Assembly: GCA_030390025.1 (NCBI GenBank)
Contig: JASTWF010000034.1
Location: forward strand, 62,001-126,000
DNA: 64,000 nt
Direction: 5' to 3'
Origin: Squalus acanthias
Taxonomy: Eukaryota
The translations under genes were made by a program, and so were the position numbers. Every line of letters begins with the position of its first letter. The first letter of the stretch is position 1. Below, piece by piece: positions 12,535 through 26,741 of the stretch. The notes below the pieces were generated by a model, which worked only from the letters and a program-made list of their open reading frames with translations, was not told where the DNA came from and searched no databases.

Positions 12535-14030
12535 ATAACATCATAAGTATTAAAATAGAAAGGGATTGTCATCTTGGATAAAATAGGAGATCTGAAATTA
12601 GCTGGCGCTCCAGGTCCAGAAGATATCCACCCAAGGGTGTTTAAAGAGCTGGGACGGTGCTCTGTGAGCCCCTTGCCCATATCTTCACCAGTTCAATAGA
12701 GTCAGGGATTGATCCCTGAGATTGGAAGGTAGTTCACGTCATTTCCATTTTCAAAACAGGGAGAAGTCAGAGCCAGAGAACTACAGGCCCATCAGTGTGG
12801 TCTCGATCAGAAGGAAGATGCTTGAAGGGATCCTGAGAGATGCTGTTTATGGTCACTGGGGCAGGGAAGGATCCATTAGAAATACTCACACGGCTTCTGG
12901 AAAAGAAGGTCGCGTCCAACAAACTTGCCTTAGTCGGACGTGGGACTTGCCTGTTTACTCTGCTTGATGGATCAATATAAGATAGGGTAGACGATAGAGA
13001 ATCTGCTCATCTTAATGTTGTTGATGCTCAACTCTTGGACCTATTAATTAAATAATAAGACAAGGCGTTAGCTGGAATCTAACACCCCACATTCTCTCTG
13101 CTCCTCTACTCCTCTTAAAGTTTTACTATTTAGATTTTTTAATTGAATTGGGATGTGGACATCGCGGGCAAGGCCAGCATTTATTGCCCATCCCCAGTTG
13201 CCATTGAGAAGTTGGTCTTGAGCTGCCTTCATGAATCGCCACAGTGCTGTTATACAGGGAGTTCCAGGATTTGGAACCAGCGACGATGAAGGAACAGCGA
13301 TATATTTACAAGGCAGGATGGTGTGTGTAACTTGCAGGGGAACTTGCAGGTGGTGGTGTTCCCATGTGCCTGCTGTCCTTGTCCTTCTAGGTGGAAGAGG
13401 TCGCGGTTTTGGGAGGTGCTGTCGAAGAAGCCTTGGTGAGTTGCTGCAGTGCATCTTGTAGATGGTACACCCTGCAGCCACGGTACGCCGGTGGTGGAGG
13501 GAGTGAATGTTTAAGGTGGTGGATGGGGAGCCGATCAAGCGGGCTGCTTTGTCCTGAATGGTGTCGAGCCTCTTGAGTGTTGTTGGAGCCGCACTCATCC
13601 AGGCAAGTGGAGAGTACTTCCATCAGACTCCTGACTTATGCCTTGTAGATGTAGAAAGGCTTTGGGGAGTCAGGAGGTGAGACACTCACCGCAGAATATC
13701 CAGCCTCTGACCTGCTCTTGTAGCCACAGTATTTATGTGGCTGGTCCAGTTAAGTTTCTGGTCAATGGTAACCCCCAGGATGTTGATGGTGGGGGATTCG
13801 GTGATGGTAATGCCGTTGAATGTCAAGGGTCTGTGGTTAGACTCTCTCTTGTTGGAGATAGTCAATGCCTGGCACTTGTGTGGCACGAATGTTACTTGCC
13901 ACTTATCAGCTCAAGCCTGAATGTCATTCATATCTTGCTGCATGCGGGCACAGACTACTTCATTAACTGAGGAGTTGTGAATGGAATTGATCACTGTGCA
14001 ATCATCAGTGAACATCCCCACTTCTGACCT

Positions 14031-15132
14031 TATAAGAACATAAGAACATAAGAAATAGGAGCAGGAGTAGGCCAATCGGCCCTTCGAGCCTGCTCCGCCA
14101 TTCAATAAGATCATGGCTGATCTGATCCTCACCTCAAATCTAAAGAACACAAGAAGTAGGAGCAGGACCCGGCCACTCAGCCCCTGGGCCCGCTACGCCA
14201 CCCACAGGGCCTCGACCGATCCGAACTCAGCCTCATGTCCAATTTCCTGCCCGCTCCCCGTAACCCCTAATTCCCTTTACTTCTAGGAAACTGTCTATTT
14301 CTGTTTTAAATTTATTTAATGATGTAGCTTCCACAGCTTCCTGGGGCAGCAAATTCCACAGACCTACTACCCTCTGAGTGAAGAAGTTTCTCCTCATCTC
14401 AGTTTTGAAAGAGCAGCCCCTTATTCTAAGATTATGCCCCCTAGTTCTAGTTTCACCCATCCTTGGGAACATCCTTACCACATCCACCCGATCAAGCCCC
14501 TTCACAATCTTATATGTTTCAATAAGATCGCCTCTCATTCTTCTGAACTCCAATGAGTAGAATCCCAATCTACTCAACCTCTCCTCGTATGTCCACCCCC
14601 TCATCCCGGGGATTAACCGAGTGAACCTTCTTTGTACTGCCTCGAGAGCAAGTATGTCTTTTCTTAAGTATGGACACCAAAACTGTATGCAGTATTCCAG
14701 ATGCGGTCTCACCAATACCTTATATAACTGCAGCAATACCTCCCTGTTTTTATAATCTATCCCCCTAGCAATAAAATCCAACATTCCGTTGGCCTTCTTG
14801 ATCACCTGCTGCACCTGCATACTAACTTTTTGATTTTCTTTCACTTGGACCCCCAGATCCCTTTGTACTGCAGTACTTTCCAGTTTCTCGCCATTAAGAT
14901 AATAACTTGCTCTCTGATTTTTCCTGCCAAAGTGCATAACCTCACATTTTCCAATATTGTATTGCATCTGCCAAATCTCTGCCCACTCACCCAGCTTGTC
15001 TATATCCCCTTGTAGGTTTTTTATGTCCTCCTCACTTTCTACTTTCCCTCCCATCTTTGTATCATCTGCAAACTTTGATATGTTACACTCGGTCCCCTCC
15101 TCCAAATCGTTAATATAGATTGTAAAGAGTTG
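14031..15132 (-). mobile_element. 5'-truncated CR1 LINE (RT C-terminal half and duplicated 3' tail)
   Basis: ORF 14233-15153 with FADDTK, LVRPHLEYC and FFTQRVV; (TTCTTATG)n tail at 14031-14055. Confidence 0.9.
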
Positions 15133-15420
15133 GGTATGGTAAGAGAAGGACATTGGTGAAACAGCTGAAGATGGTTAAGCCTAGGACACTGCCTTGAGGC
15201 ACTCCTGCAGCGATGTCCTGGGGCTGAGATGATTGACCTCCAACAATCACAACTATCTTCCTTTGTGCTAGGTATGACTCCAGCCAGTGGAGAGTTTCCC
15301 CCTGATTCCCATTGGCTTCTTTTTTACAAGGGCTCCTTGATGCCACACTCGGTCAAATGCTGTCTTGATGTCAAGGGCAGTCACTCTCACCTCACCTCTG
15401 CAATTCAGCTCTTCTGTCCA

Positions 15421-18361
15421 TGGCTGCAGGGTGACAATGCCTGGGAATTAAACATACCAGGTTATTTAACGATCAGGAAGGACAGGCAGGAAGGAAGGGG
15501 ATGTGGGGTGGCTCTGTTAATAAAGGAAGGAATCACTGTAATACAGAGTAATGATATTGGGTCAAAAAATCATGATAATGAAACAGTTTGGGTGGAGATA
15601 AGGAATAATAAGGGGAAAAAAACACTAGTGGGCGCAGTCTATAGGCCTCCGAACAGTTGCAACTCTGTTGGACGGAGTATCAATCAGGAAATAGTTGAGG
15701 CATGTAATAAGGGAACATCTATAATTATGGGGGATTTTAACTATCATATTAATTGGACAAATCAAATGGGACAGGGCTGCCTTGAGGATGAGTTCATTGA
15801 GTGTATTAGGGATGGGTTTCTTGAGCAGTATGTAACTGAACCGACCAGGGGGCAAGCAACCTTAGATCTGGTCCTGTGTAATGAGGCAGGATTAATTAAA
15901 AATGTCCTAGTAAAGGATCCCCTTGGAATGAGTGACCATAACATGGTTGAATTCCATATTCAATTAGAGGGTGAGAAGGTTGGATCTCAAACAAGCGTGC
16001 TAAGCTTGAATAAAGGAGACTATGAAGGTATGCGAGCGGAATTGAGTAGAGTGGATTGGGAAAATAGATTAAAGGGTAAGACGACACATGATCAGTGGTG
16101 TACATTCGAGGAGTTATTTTACAACTTCCAAAAACTATATATTCCACTGAAAAGAAAAGGGTGTAAAAGAAAGGACAGTCATCCGTGGCTAAGTAAAGAA
16201 ATTAAGGATAGTATTCGACTAAAAACAAGGGCATATAAGGTAGCGAAATCTAGTGGGAGGACAGAGGATTGGGAAAACTTTAAAAGGCAGCAAAAAATAA
16301 CAAAAAGATTGATTAAGAAAGGGAAGATAGATTATGAAAGTAAATTAGCAAAAAATATAAAAACAGATAGTAAGAGTTTTTATATTTATATAAAAAGAAA
16401 AAGGGTGGCTAAAGTAAATGTTGGTCCCTTAGAGGATGAGACCGGGAAATTAATGGTGGGAAATATGGAGATGGCAAAAACACTGAATGAATATTTTGTA
16501 TCAGTCTTTACAGTAGAGGACACTAAGAATATCCCAACACTGGACAAACAGGGGGCTATAGGGGGAGAGGAGCTAAACACGATCAAAATCACTAAGGAAG
16601 TGGTACTCGGTAAAATAATGGGACTCAAGGCGGATAAATCACCTGGACCTGATGGCTTACATCCTAGAGTCTTGAAGGAAGTGGCGGTAGGGATTGTAGA
16701 TGCATTGGTAATAATTTTTCAAAACTCCCTGGATTCCGCTCAGGTCCCGGCAGACTGGAAAACTGCTAATGTAACACCCTTATTTAAAAAGGGCAGTAGA
16801 CAGAAGGCTGGTAACTATAGACCGGTTAGCCTAACATCTGTGGTAGGTAAAATTTTGGAGTCCATTATTAAGGAAACAGTAACAGGACATTTGGATAATC
16901 ATAATTTAATAGGACAAAGTCAGCATGGTTTTACGAAGGGGAAGTCATGTTTGACAAATTTGCTGGAGTTCTTTGAGGAAGTAACATATAGAGTGGATAA
17001 AGGGGAACCAGTAGACGTAGTGTATTTAGACTTCCAAAAGGCATTTGACAAGGTGCCACACAAAAGATTATTGCTTAAGGTAAAAAATCACGGGATTGGG
17101 GGTAATATTCTGGCATGGATAGAGGATTGGCTATCTAACAGAAAGCAAAGAGTTGGGATAAATGGTTCATTCTCAGACTGGCAATCAGTAACTAGTGGTG
17201 TTCCACAGGGGTCAGTGCTGGGTCCCCAACTCTTTACAATCTATATTAACGATTTGGAGGAAGGGACCAAGTGTAACATATCAAAATTTGCAGATGATAC
17301 TAAGATGGGAGGGAAAGTAGTGAGTGAGGAGGACATAAAAAACCTGCAAGGGGACATAGACAGGCTAAGTAAGTGGGCAGAGATTTGGCAGATGGAATAC
17401 AACACTGGAAAGTGTGAGGTGGTGCACTTTGGCAGGAAAAATCCTAGAGCAATTTATTATCTTAATGGCAAGAAACTGGAGAGTACTGAAGTGCAAAGGG
17501 ATCTGGGGGTCCTGGTGCACGAAACTCAAAAGGTTAGTATGCAGGTGCAGCAAGTGATTAAGAAGGCAAATGGAATGTTGGCTTTCATTGCTAGGGGGAT
17601 AGAATATAAAAATAGGGAGGTATTGCTTCAGTTGTACAAGGTATTAGTGAGACCACACCTGGAATACTGCATACAGTTTTGGTGTCCTTACTTAAGGAAA
17701 GACATCCTTGCTCTCGAGGCAGTGCAAAAAAGGTTCACTCGGTTAATCCCGGGGATGAGGGGGTGGTCATATGAGGAGAGGTTGTGTAGATTGGGCCTCT
17801 ACTCATTGGAGTTCAGAAGAATGAGAGGCAATCTTATTGAAACATATAAGATTGTGAAGGGGTTGGATCGGGTGGATGCGGGGAGGATGTTCCCGATGAC
17901 GGGTGAGACTAGAACTAGGGGACATAGTCTTAGAATAAGGGGCTGCTCTTTCAAAACTGAGATGAGGAGGAACTACTTCACTCAGAGGGTGGTAGGTCCA
18001 TGGAATATGCTGCCACAAAAAGCTGTGCTACATCATTAAATAAATTTAAAACAGAAATAGACAGTTTCCTAGAAGTAAAGGGCATTAAGGGTTACGGGGA
18101 GCGGGCAGGAATTTGGACATGAGTCTAGGTTCGGATCGGTCATGGCCCTGTGGGTAGTGGAGCGGGCCCAGGGACCGTGTAGCCTGATTCTGCTCCTATT
18201 TCGTGTGTACAATTCTGTTAGATGCAGAAGATGGTTCTGTGATAGTAGATAGTAGATTGGCGGTTAGGATCAGATCAGCCATGATCTTATTGAATGGCGG
18301 AGCAGGCTCGAGGGGCCGATTGGCCTACTCCTGCTCCTATTTCTTATGTTCTTATGTTCTT
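15421..18361 (+). mobile_element. Young CR1 LINE, 5'-truncated inside the APE endonuclease; ORF2 open almost to its end
   Basis: YRPP, MGDFN and SDHN (APE) plus RT motifs; small deletion near 18027; (TTCTTATG)n tail at ~18341-18364. Confidence 0.95.
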
Positions 18362-18788
18362 ATGTTTGGATCAAGTCTGTAATGAGTTCTGGAGCCGAGT
18401 GGTCGCGGTGGAACCCAAACTGAACATCGGTGAGCAGGTTATTGGTGAGTAAGTGCCGCTTGACAGCACTGTCGACGACACCTTCCATCACTTTGCTGAT
18501 GATTGAGAGTAGAGTGATGGGGCAGTAATTGGCCGGATTGGATTTGTCCTGCTTTCTGTGGAGAGGACATACCTGGGAAATTTTCCACATTGTCTAAAGT
18601 CTCCTCCTTTGTCTCGGTGTCAGTTTTTGACTGATTCCGCTCTTGTGAAGCACCTTGGAACGTTTTACTTCGTTAAAGGCGCTGTGTAAATGTAAGTTGT
18701 TGTTGCTGTGCTACCATTGGCCTCAGCTTTTCCAGACAGAATCAGCCAGGGCCGGCGGCTGTGCTGCTCCCCATGGTCGAAATGCCGG

Positions 18789-19318
18789 CAGCACCTTCAG
18801 TATAGGCTCACAGCTCAGAATTAGCAATGTACTGGAGGGCTAACAGTGACTGGGGCCGAACCCCACCATCACACAGCACCTTCAGTATAGGCTCACAGCT
18901 CAGAATTAGCAATGTACTGGAGGGCAAACAGTGACTGGGGCCGAACCCCACCATCACACAGCACCTTCAGTATAGGCTCACAGCTCAGAATTAGCAATGT
19001 ACTGGAGGGCAAACAGTGACTGGGGCTGAACCCCACCATCACACAGCACCTTCAGTATAGGCTCACAGCTCAGAATTAGCAATGTACTGGAGGGCAAAGA
19101 GTGACTGGGGCCGAAGCCCACCATCACACAGCACCTTCAGTATAGGCTCACAGCTCAGAATTAGCAATGTACTGGAGGGCAAACAGTGACTGGGGCTGAA
19201 CCCCACCATCACACAGCACCTTCAGTATAGGCTCACAGCTCAGAATTACCAATTAGTGAGGTACTGGAGGGCAAACAGTGACTGGGGCCGAACCCCACCA
19301 TCACACAGCACCTTCAGG
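18789..19318 (+). repeat. 85-bp minisatellite, ~6 copies
   Basis: GCACCTTCAG recurs at 18791, 18876, 18961, 19046, 19131 and 19216. Confidence 0.93.
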
Positions 19319-19489
19319 AGTGAATTGGAGAAAAGTCCGAGCCTGCGATAAATGGGGATTACAAACAGCGAGGATGAGGCGATGAGAGAGTGTGTGGGAC
19401 GAGGGTTTTATAGCTCAGGAGGGGCAAGAGAGGAAAGAATGTTCCAGGGAAACGAGTACTGTCTGTTGAGAATTTCTACCCTGTACGTA

Positions 19490-19940
19490 ACTCGATGTAA
19501 AGTTATGAGGACAGGTTGCACAGACGAGGCTTGTATTCCCTTGAATATTGAAGATTAAGGGGTGATCTCATTGAGGTGTTTAAGATGATTAAAGGAGTTG
19601 ATGAGGTAGATCGAGAGAAACAATTTCCTCTGATGGGAGAGTCCACAACAAGGGGACAGAACCTTCCAATCAGAGCTCGGCCATTCAGGGGTGATTTTCA
19701 GGAAGCACATCTTCACACAAAGGGTATTGGAAATCTGGAACTCTCTTCCCCCAAAAAACTGTCGAGGCTGAGGGGCAATTGAAATTTTCAAAACTGAGTG
19801 TACCAGATTTTTGTTAGGCAAGAGTACTAAAGGTTACAGAACCGAGGCGGGTAAATGGAGTTAAGATACAGACCAGCCATGATCTAATAGAATGGTGGAA
19901 CAGGCTTGAGGGGCTGAATGGCCTACTCCTGTTCATATGT
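19490..19940 (+). mobile_element. CR1 3' fragment inserted in the ZNF cassette intron
   Basis: FKMIKGVD..DREKQFPL peptide and CR1 3' tail; the flanks rejoin as the cassette intron. Confidence 0.8.
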
Positions 19941-19980
19941 TGCTATCTACAGTGATGACATTTGTAAACTCCTTTTACAG

Positions 19981-20640
<660 letters not shown>

Positions 20641-21804
20641 AGCTTTGTTTTAAACACATTGTTGTAGATTTTCTTCTTTCCCACCTGAGTGTTTAGCATC
20701 ACCTGGCTGGAGCTCAGAAAGGACAATCTGGGGGAGGATCGTACGGCGGGAACAGAACTTCAGCCTGGACACAGTCCTTCAGGACCACACTGAGAGGGGC
20801 AAACGGCACTTTGGTCTTTCTCGTCTCTCTTCACCGACAGGAAAGTTATCGTGCGGATTAATCTCGAGGCCTGTGAGAAATGTGTCCCAGCCGCTCTCTT
20901 CCATGGTTCAGAGCTCCTAGGCACGGAACAGAAGGCTCCTTTACAACAGGAAGAACAACAGTGAATGCTGAAAACGTGCTGTCAAATCAGAGATTGGTGT
21001 CAAACTGGTGACAGTCCTGAGTCTTCCATTTTAAGGCAGGCATTACCCCATTTAAAATAAAACCATTTAAAATAAATTGGTTAAAGTCTGCATTAAAATA
21101 GCAGAGGGAGGAGTTATCAGGAGCCTGTTAACTGCTGGTACAATTATACATTTAGACATTTGATTTCCAGATAAAGAAGGACCTGCATCGTGTTTCCAGG
21201 AATTCCCTGTTTTATTGATGTGTGTGTGTGTTAGACACCAGGATAACTAAAAATACATGACCCGGAACATCCACGGGGGTGCGATCCCGACAGTTACTCT
21301 GGGATCACTCTCGCTGTGGAACTCCAGCACTGACCCTGCTGAAGGTTGTAGGCTCAGGGAGTGGGGCCTCCAGGGATGGACGGTAAGAAAGCTGGGTTTC
21401 AGTATCCTGACAAATATATGGTGAGGAACCAGAGGAATTCTTACTGAGGAACCGTGTGGGGTTTTACCGGCCAGTGTAGGTCTCTGGGTGAATGATTCCT
21501 GACTCCCCGAACTGTCCTACATTGAACCCAGTTTGGAACAACATGAAATAAAAACAGAAAATGCTGGAGATACTCAGCAGGTCAGGCAGCATCTGTGAAG
21601 AGAGAAACAGAGTTAATGTTTCAGGTCGATGACCTTTCGTCTGACAAATAGGGACAAATATCACCCACAATTGAGGGAGACAAAAGCAGCCATTAGTAAA
21701 GCTAAGAGATTTTTGGAAAAGAAGATGGTGCACAAATGTGGTAATAATAGCAAAAGCTTTTCCAGCTACGTCATCAGGCAGAAGGCACAGTTACACAGAG
21801 TTAC

Positions 21805-22140
21805 TTCAACAACAACAAAAACTTGTATTTATATAGCACATTTAACATAGTAAAGCCACCCAAGGCACTTTACACGAGAGTTATGAAACTAAATTTGACA
21901 CCGTGCCACATAAGGAGATATTAGGGCAGGTGACCAAAAGCTTGGTAGGTTTTAAGGAGCCTCTTTAGAGAGGTAGAGAGGTTTAGGGAGGGAATTCCAG
22001 AGGTTAGGGCCTTGGCAGCTGAAGGCACGGCCACCAATGGTTGAGCGATTAAAATCGGGGATGCTCAAAAGGCCTGAATTAGAGAATTGCAGATAACTCG
22101 GATGGTTGTGAGGTTGGAGGAGATGACAGAGTTAGGGAGA
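21805..22140 (-). mobile_element. L2-like LINE 3' end
   Basis: Reverse tail ...GCTATATAAATACAAG...TTGTTGTT, shared with 18600-18710 and 57277-57362. Confidence 0.55.
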
Positions 22141-23039
22141 GGCGAGGCCATTCCTGTTCAGCCTTTCCTGCTAAGTATATCCTGTCAGGTCTACGATCAT
22201 CCTTGCAAATCTTTTTTGCACCTTCTCCAGTGCCTCTACTTTTTATAATATGGAGACCAAAACTCTGCACAATATTCCCAGTGTGGTCTAACTGAGGTTC
22301 AATACAAGTTTAACATAACTTCTCAGCTTTTCAATTCTATCCCTCTGGAGAAGAACCCCAGTGCTTGGTTGGCTTATTTTATGGCCTTATTAACCTGCGT
22401 CGCTACTTTTAGTGATTTGTGTATCTGGACCCCGAGATCCCTTTGCTCCTCTACCCCATTTAGACTCAGATTTTCCAAGTAGTATGTGGCCTCCTTATTC
22501 TTCCCACCAAAATACACCACCTCACACTGATCTATATTGATATTCATTTGTCAATTACACCCCCATTCTGCAAATGTATTAATATCTTCCTGTATTTTGT
22601 CGCAGTCTTCCTCAGTAATAACTTTACCCTCCAACTTGGTGCAAACAACAAATTTTGAATTTGTACTTCTGATTCCCGAGTCCAAATCGTTTAAGTAAAC
22701 AATGGTCCCAGCACCGATCTCTGTGGAACACCACTTTCCACCTTTTGCCAGTCTGAGTAGCTACTCCTGACCCCTACTCTCTGTTTTCTGTTTTGTGACC
22801 AGCTTGCTGTCCATAACAGTATGTCAGATCTAGAAGATGACCAAGGTCAGGCCGTGTGGAGTGAAGGGCCAGGCAGCAGAATGGATGGAGCGATGGTTAC
22901 AAAACAGAAATCAGAGGGTTGGAGTTAAGGGAAGTTTGTAGCCATCTTTCTATCGTATTTGTGTGTGTCGCTGTACACTACATAGTTATTATTGTTTGTT
23001 TCATATTTGTGGTGCACTAGGGCTCTTGCCTAAACGGTT

Positions 23040-23470
23040 TTGTTCCTGTCTGGTGACAGTGGGACTACTCAGTGTCGCCCCTACCGGTGGTCAAAAAATG
23101 ATTACAGGAGCCAAGTGCGCAGGCGCAGGACGGGGCAGTGCTCTGAGCATGCGCAGTGCGAGTAGCAGAGCCGGGAGTGAAACGCAAGACACGCTCTCAG
23201 GAGGTGGTAGGAGTTTGTGGGCTCGGGGAGGAATTGGACCCGCGGCTGGGCTGGGAAGATTCATAAACACCCGGTGTCGGCCTCAGGCCCCAAACAAGAG
23301 CCCACAGGCCCCGTGTTTGCCCCGCGGTGACAGGCCCGGCCGCCCGGGTCAGCGGGGTCACTGGCCGCCATCTTGGACAGGCCGGGATCACGGCGCATGC
23401 GCGGCCATCTTGGCCAGGAACAGTGAGTGGGCGGGGCTTCAGGGTCCCAGTGACCAGGAGAGACAATCAT
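23040..23470 (+). promoter_or_regulatory. CpG-island promoter and non-coding first exon of ZNF copy 3
   Basis: NRF1-like GCGCAGGCGCA and GCGCATGCGC; YY1 GCCGCCATCTTG ~23364; donor-like CA|GTGAGT ~23423. Confidence 0.65.
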
Positions 23471-26437
23471 TGACTCATTGATTTTATTCTCACTCTGCAC
23501 ACAGCGGGTGTGGAACTGAACCCAACCAGAGTAGAGGGAGGGAGAAAACTGGGAGTGGAGGAAAGAAATGTTGGAGATAGTGCGATGGGTTTGGATTTCA
23601 GCACAGGGAGGAGGGAGAGTTTGTGGGACGGGGATTTACAGCTTTGGGGGAATAAGAGTGGGAAGGAGTTGTTGCTTTTTGCCTACACTACTTGTAGTGC
23701 TTTGTGTTACAGGTAGATATTTAATTAATCTAGATCAAGTAAGTAGTCAGGAAACGACACTGTAAACTAAGTTACCTAATTACAAATTAAATTAAATTAA
23801 ATAAATCAAGGTCATATAGGGATGGCAGTGCAGGTGGTGTGCCGCAACTGCAGCATGTGGGAGTTTGTGGAGAGCATTGTGATCCCGGACAACCACGTTT
23901 GCAGTAAGTGCCTGCATCTTGAGGAACTTCAGCTCAGAGTTTTTGAGCTGGAGTCTGAGGTGCAGACATTGCGGGGCATCATGGATGGGGAGAGTTACCT
24001 GGACACTTTGATCCAGGAGGCAGTTACACCCCTTAGGTTAGGTAGTGGTACAGGTCTGGTTAGTGGTCAGGGACAGGAGGGTGTGACTGCAACTCAGGCA
24101 GGTAAGGGGACCCCAGATGCAGTGCTGGAGGAGCCTCAGCCTTTACCTGCCTGGTGCCAGGGTTAAAGACATCTCCTCACGGCTGGAGAAGAAGTGGGAG
24201 GGGGAGGATCCAGTTGTCGTGGTCCACGTAGAAACCAACGACATAGGTAGAACTAGGAATAAGGTTCTGCTGAGGGAGTTTGAGGAGCTAGGATCCAAAT
24301 TAAAAAGCAGAACCTCAAATGTAATAATCTCTGGATTTTTACCTGAGCCACGTGCAAATTAGCGTAGGGACAAACAGATTAGAGGTTTAAATGCGTGGCT
24401 CAAAGACTGGTGTGGAAGGAAGGGGTTTCAGTTCATGGGGCACTGGCACCAGTACTGGGGAAAGAAGGAGCTGTTCCGTTGGGACGGGCTCCACTTAAAC
24501 CGGGCTGGGACCAGTGTCCTGGCGAACCAAATAACTAAGACAATAGACAGGGCTTTAATCTAATGAAGGGGGTGGTGGGAGGATTCAGGAAAGAGTAAAT
24601 TTAAAAGCAATGAGAGAAATGTAATGGCTCTAGAGCAGAGTAGAGTTTTGGGTAAAAATAAGCAGAGTGGGTCAGGAAGGGACAGAGAGCGTAACAAAGG
24701 TAATAAGACATCAGTGACTAAGGTGACATCAGGGAAAAATAGAAATAAGTCAAAGCTAAAGGCACTATATCTGAATGCGCGAAGCATTTACAACAAAATA
24801 GATGAATTAATAGCGCAGATAGAAATTAACAGGTTTGATCTAATAGCCATAACGGCGATGTGGTTGCAAAGTGGCCAAGGTTGGGAACTAAATATTCCAG
24901 GATACATAACTTTTAGAAGGGATAGGCAAAATGGAAAAGGAGGAGGGGTAGCCCTGATAATAAAGGATGGGCTAAAGACAGGAGAGAGAAAGGATCTGAG
25001 CTCTGAAAATCAGGAAGTAGAATCAGTTTGGGTGGCGCTAAGAAACAGCAAGGGGCAGAAAATATTGGTGGGAGTTGTTGATAGGCCCTCAAACAGTAGT
25101 TGTAATGTAGGGCAGAGTATAAATCAGGAAATTAGAGGCGCATGTAACAAGGGTAATACAGTGATCATGGGGGACTTTAATCTACATATAGACTGGGCAA
25201 ACCAAATTTGCAGTAATAGTGTGGAGGACGAATTCATGGAATGTATGCAAGATAGTTTTCTAGATCAATATGTTGAGGAACCAACGAGGGAACAGGCTAT
25301 TTTAGATCTAGTATTGTGCAATGAGAAAGGGTTAATTAATAACCTTGCAGTAAAGGGGCCTTTAGGGAAGAGTGACCATAATATGATAGAATTTTATATT
25401 GAGTTTGAAAGTGACTTAGTTAAATCCGAAACTAGGGTCTTAAATCTAAACAAAGCAAACTATGTAGGTATGAGGGGCGAGATGGCTAAGGTAGATTGGG
25501 GAACTACATTAAAAGGTATGACAGTGGATGAGCAATGGCTAGCGTTAAAGAATTAATACATAAGTTACAACAAATATACATTCCTTTAAGGCACAAAAAC
25601 CCCACAGGAAAGTGGTCCAACCATGGCTAACAATAGCAGTTAAAGATAGTATTAGATCAAAGGAAGAGGCTTATAATGCTGCCAAAAAGAGTTGTAAGCC
25701 TGAGGATTGGGAGGATTCTAGAATTCAGCAAAGGAGGACCAAGAAATTGATAAAGGAAGGGAAAATAGAATATGAGTGTAAACGAGCGAGAGACATAAAA
25801 ACAGACTGTAAAAGCTTCTATAGGTATGTAAAAAGAAAAAGATTAGCAAAAATGTGGGTCCCTTACAGGCTGAGACAGGAGAAATTATAATGGGGAATAA
25901 GGACATGGCAGAGAAATTAAACAAATACTTTGTGTCTGTCTTCACAGAAGAAGACGCAAAAAACTTCCCGGAAATAATGAAGTTCCAAGGGTCTAACGAG
26001 AATGAGGAACTGAAAGAAATTAGTATTAGTAAAAAAGTAGTACTGGAGAAATTAATGGGACTGAAAGCCAATAAATCCCCTGGACCTGATGGCCTACATC
26101 CTAGGGTTTTGAAAGAGGTGGCTATAGAGATAGTGGATGCATTGGTTGTCATTTTCCAAAATTCCATAGATTCTAGAACGGTTCCCACAGATTGGAAGGT
26201 AGCAAATGTAACCCCACTATTTAAGAAAGGAGGGAGAGAGAAACCGGGGAACTACAGACCAGTTAGCCTGACATCAGTAGTAGGGAAAATGCTAGAATCT
26301 ATTATTAAGAACATGGTAACAGGGCACTTAGAAAATAATAATAGGATTGGGCAGAGTCAACATGGATTTATGAAAGGGAAATTGTGTTTGACAAATCTGT
26401 TAGAATTTTTTGAGGTTGTAACTAACAGAATAGATAA

Positions 26438-26741
26438 CACGGTGGCATAGTGGTTAGCACTGTTGCCTCACAGCGCCAGGGACCCGGGTTCGAATCCGGC
26501 CTCGGGTGACTTTCTGTGTGGAGTTTGCACATTCTCCCCCGTGTCTGTGTGGGTTTCCTCCGGGTGCTCCGGTTTCCTCCCACAGTCCAAAGATGTGCGG
26601 GTTAGGTTGATTTGGCTATGATAAATTGACCCTTAGTGTTAGGGGGGATTAAATACGTGGGGTTACGGGGATAGGGTGGGATATGTGTCGGTGCAGGCTC
26701 GATGGGCCGAAATGGCCTCTATCTGCACTGTGGGGATTCGG
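26438..26741 (+). mobile_element. tRNA-derived V-SINE (HE1-like)
   Basis: A box TGGCATAGTGG, B box GGTTCGAATCC, V-domain GGGTTTCCTCCGGGTGCTCCGGTTTCCTCCCACAGTCCAAAGA; GATAA on both flanks. Confidence 0.88.

Larger units (their letters stand above)
13150..18595 (-). mobile_element. Second non-LTR LINE family (CR1/L2 group, clade not assigned) in three pieces: 13150-14030, 15133-15420, 18362-18595
   Basis: Minus-strand peptides [42 protein letters not shown] and LDTIQDKAARLI; the pieces rejoin when two CR1 inserts are removed. Confidence 0.75.

Noticed and set aside
15229..15420. N-terminal extension of the 936-aa ORF
   Set aside because: It is antisense sequence of the host LINE that happens to be in frame with the truncated CR1.
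23070..23092. CTCF-like motif GTCGCCCCTACCGGTGG
   Set aside because: Imperfect match, single instance, cannot be scored here.
26438..26510. tRNA gene candidate (also ~11620-11660 and other A/B boxes)
   Set aside because: These are tRNA-derived SINE heads without a full cloverleaf.
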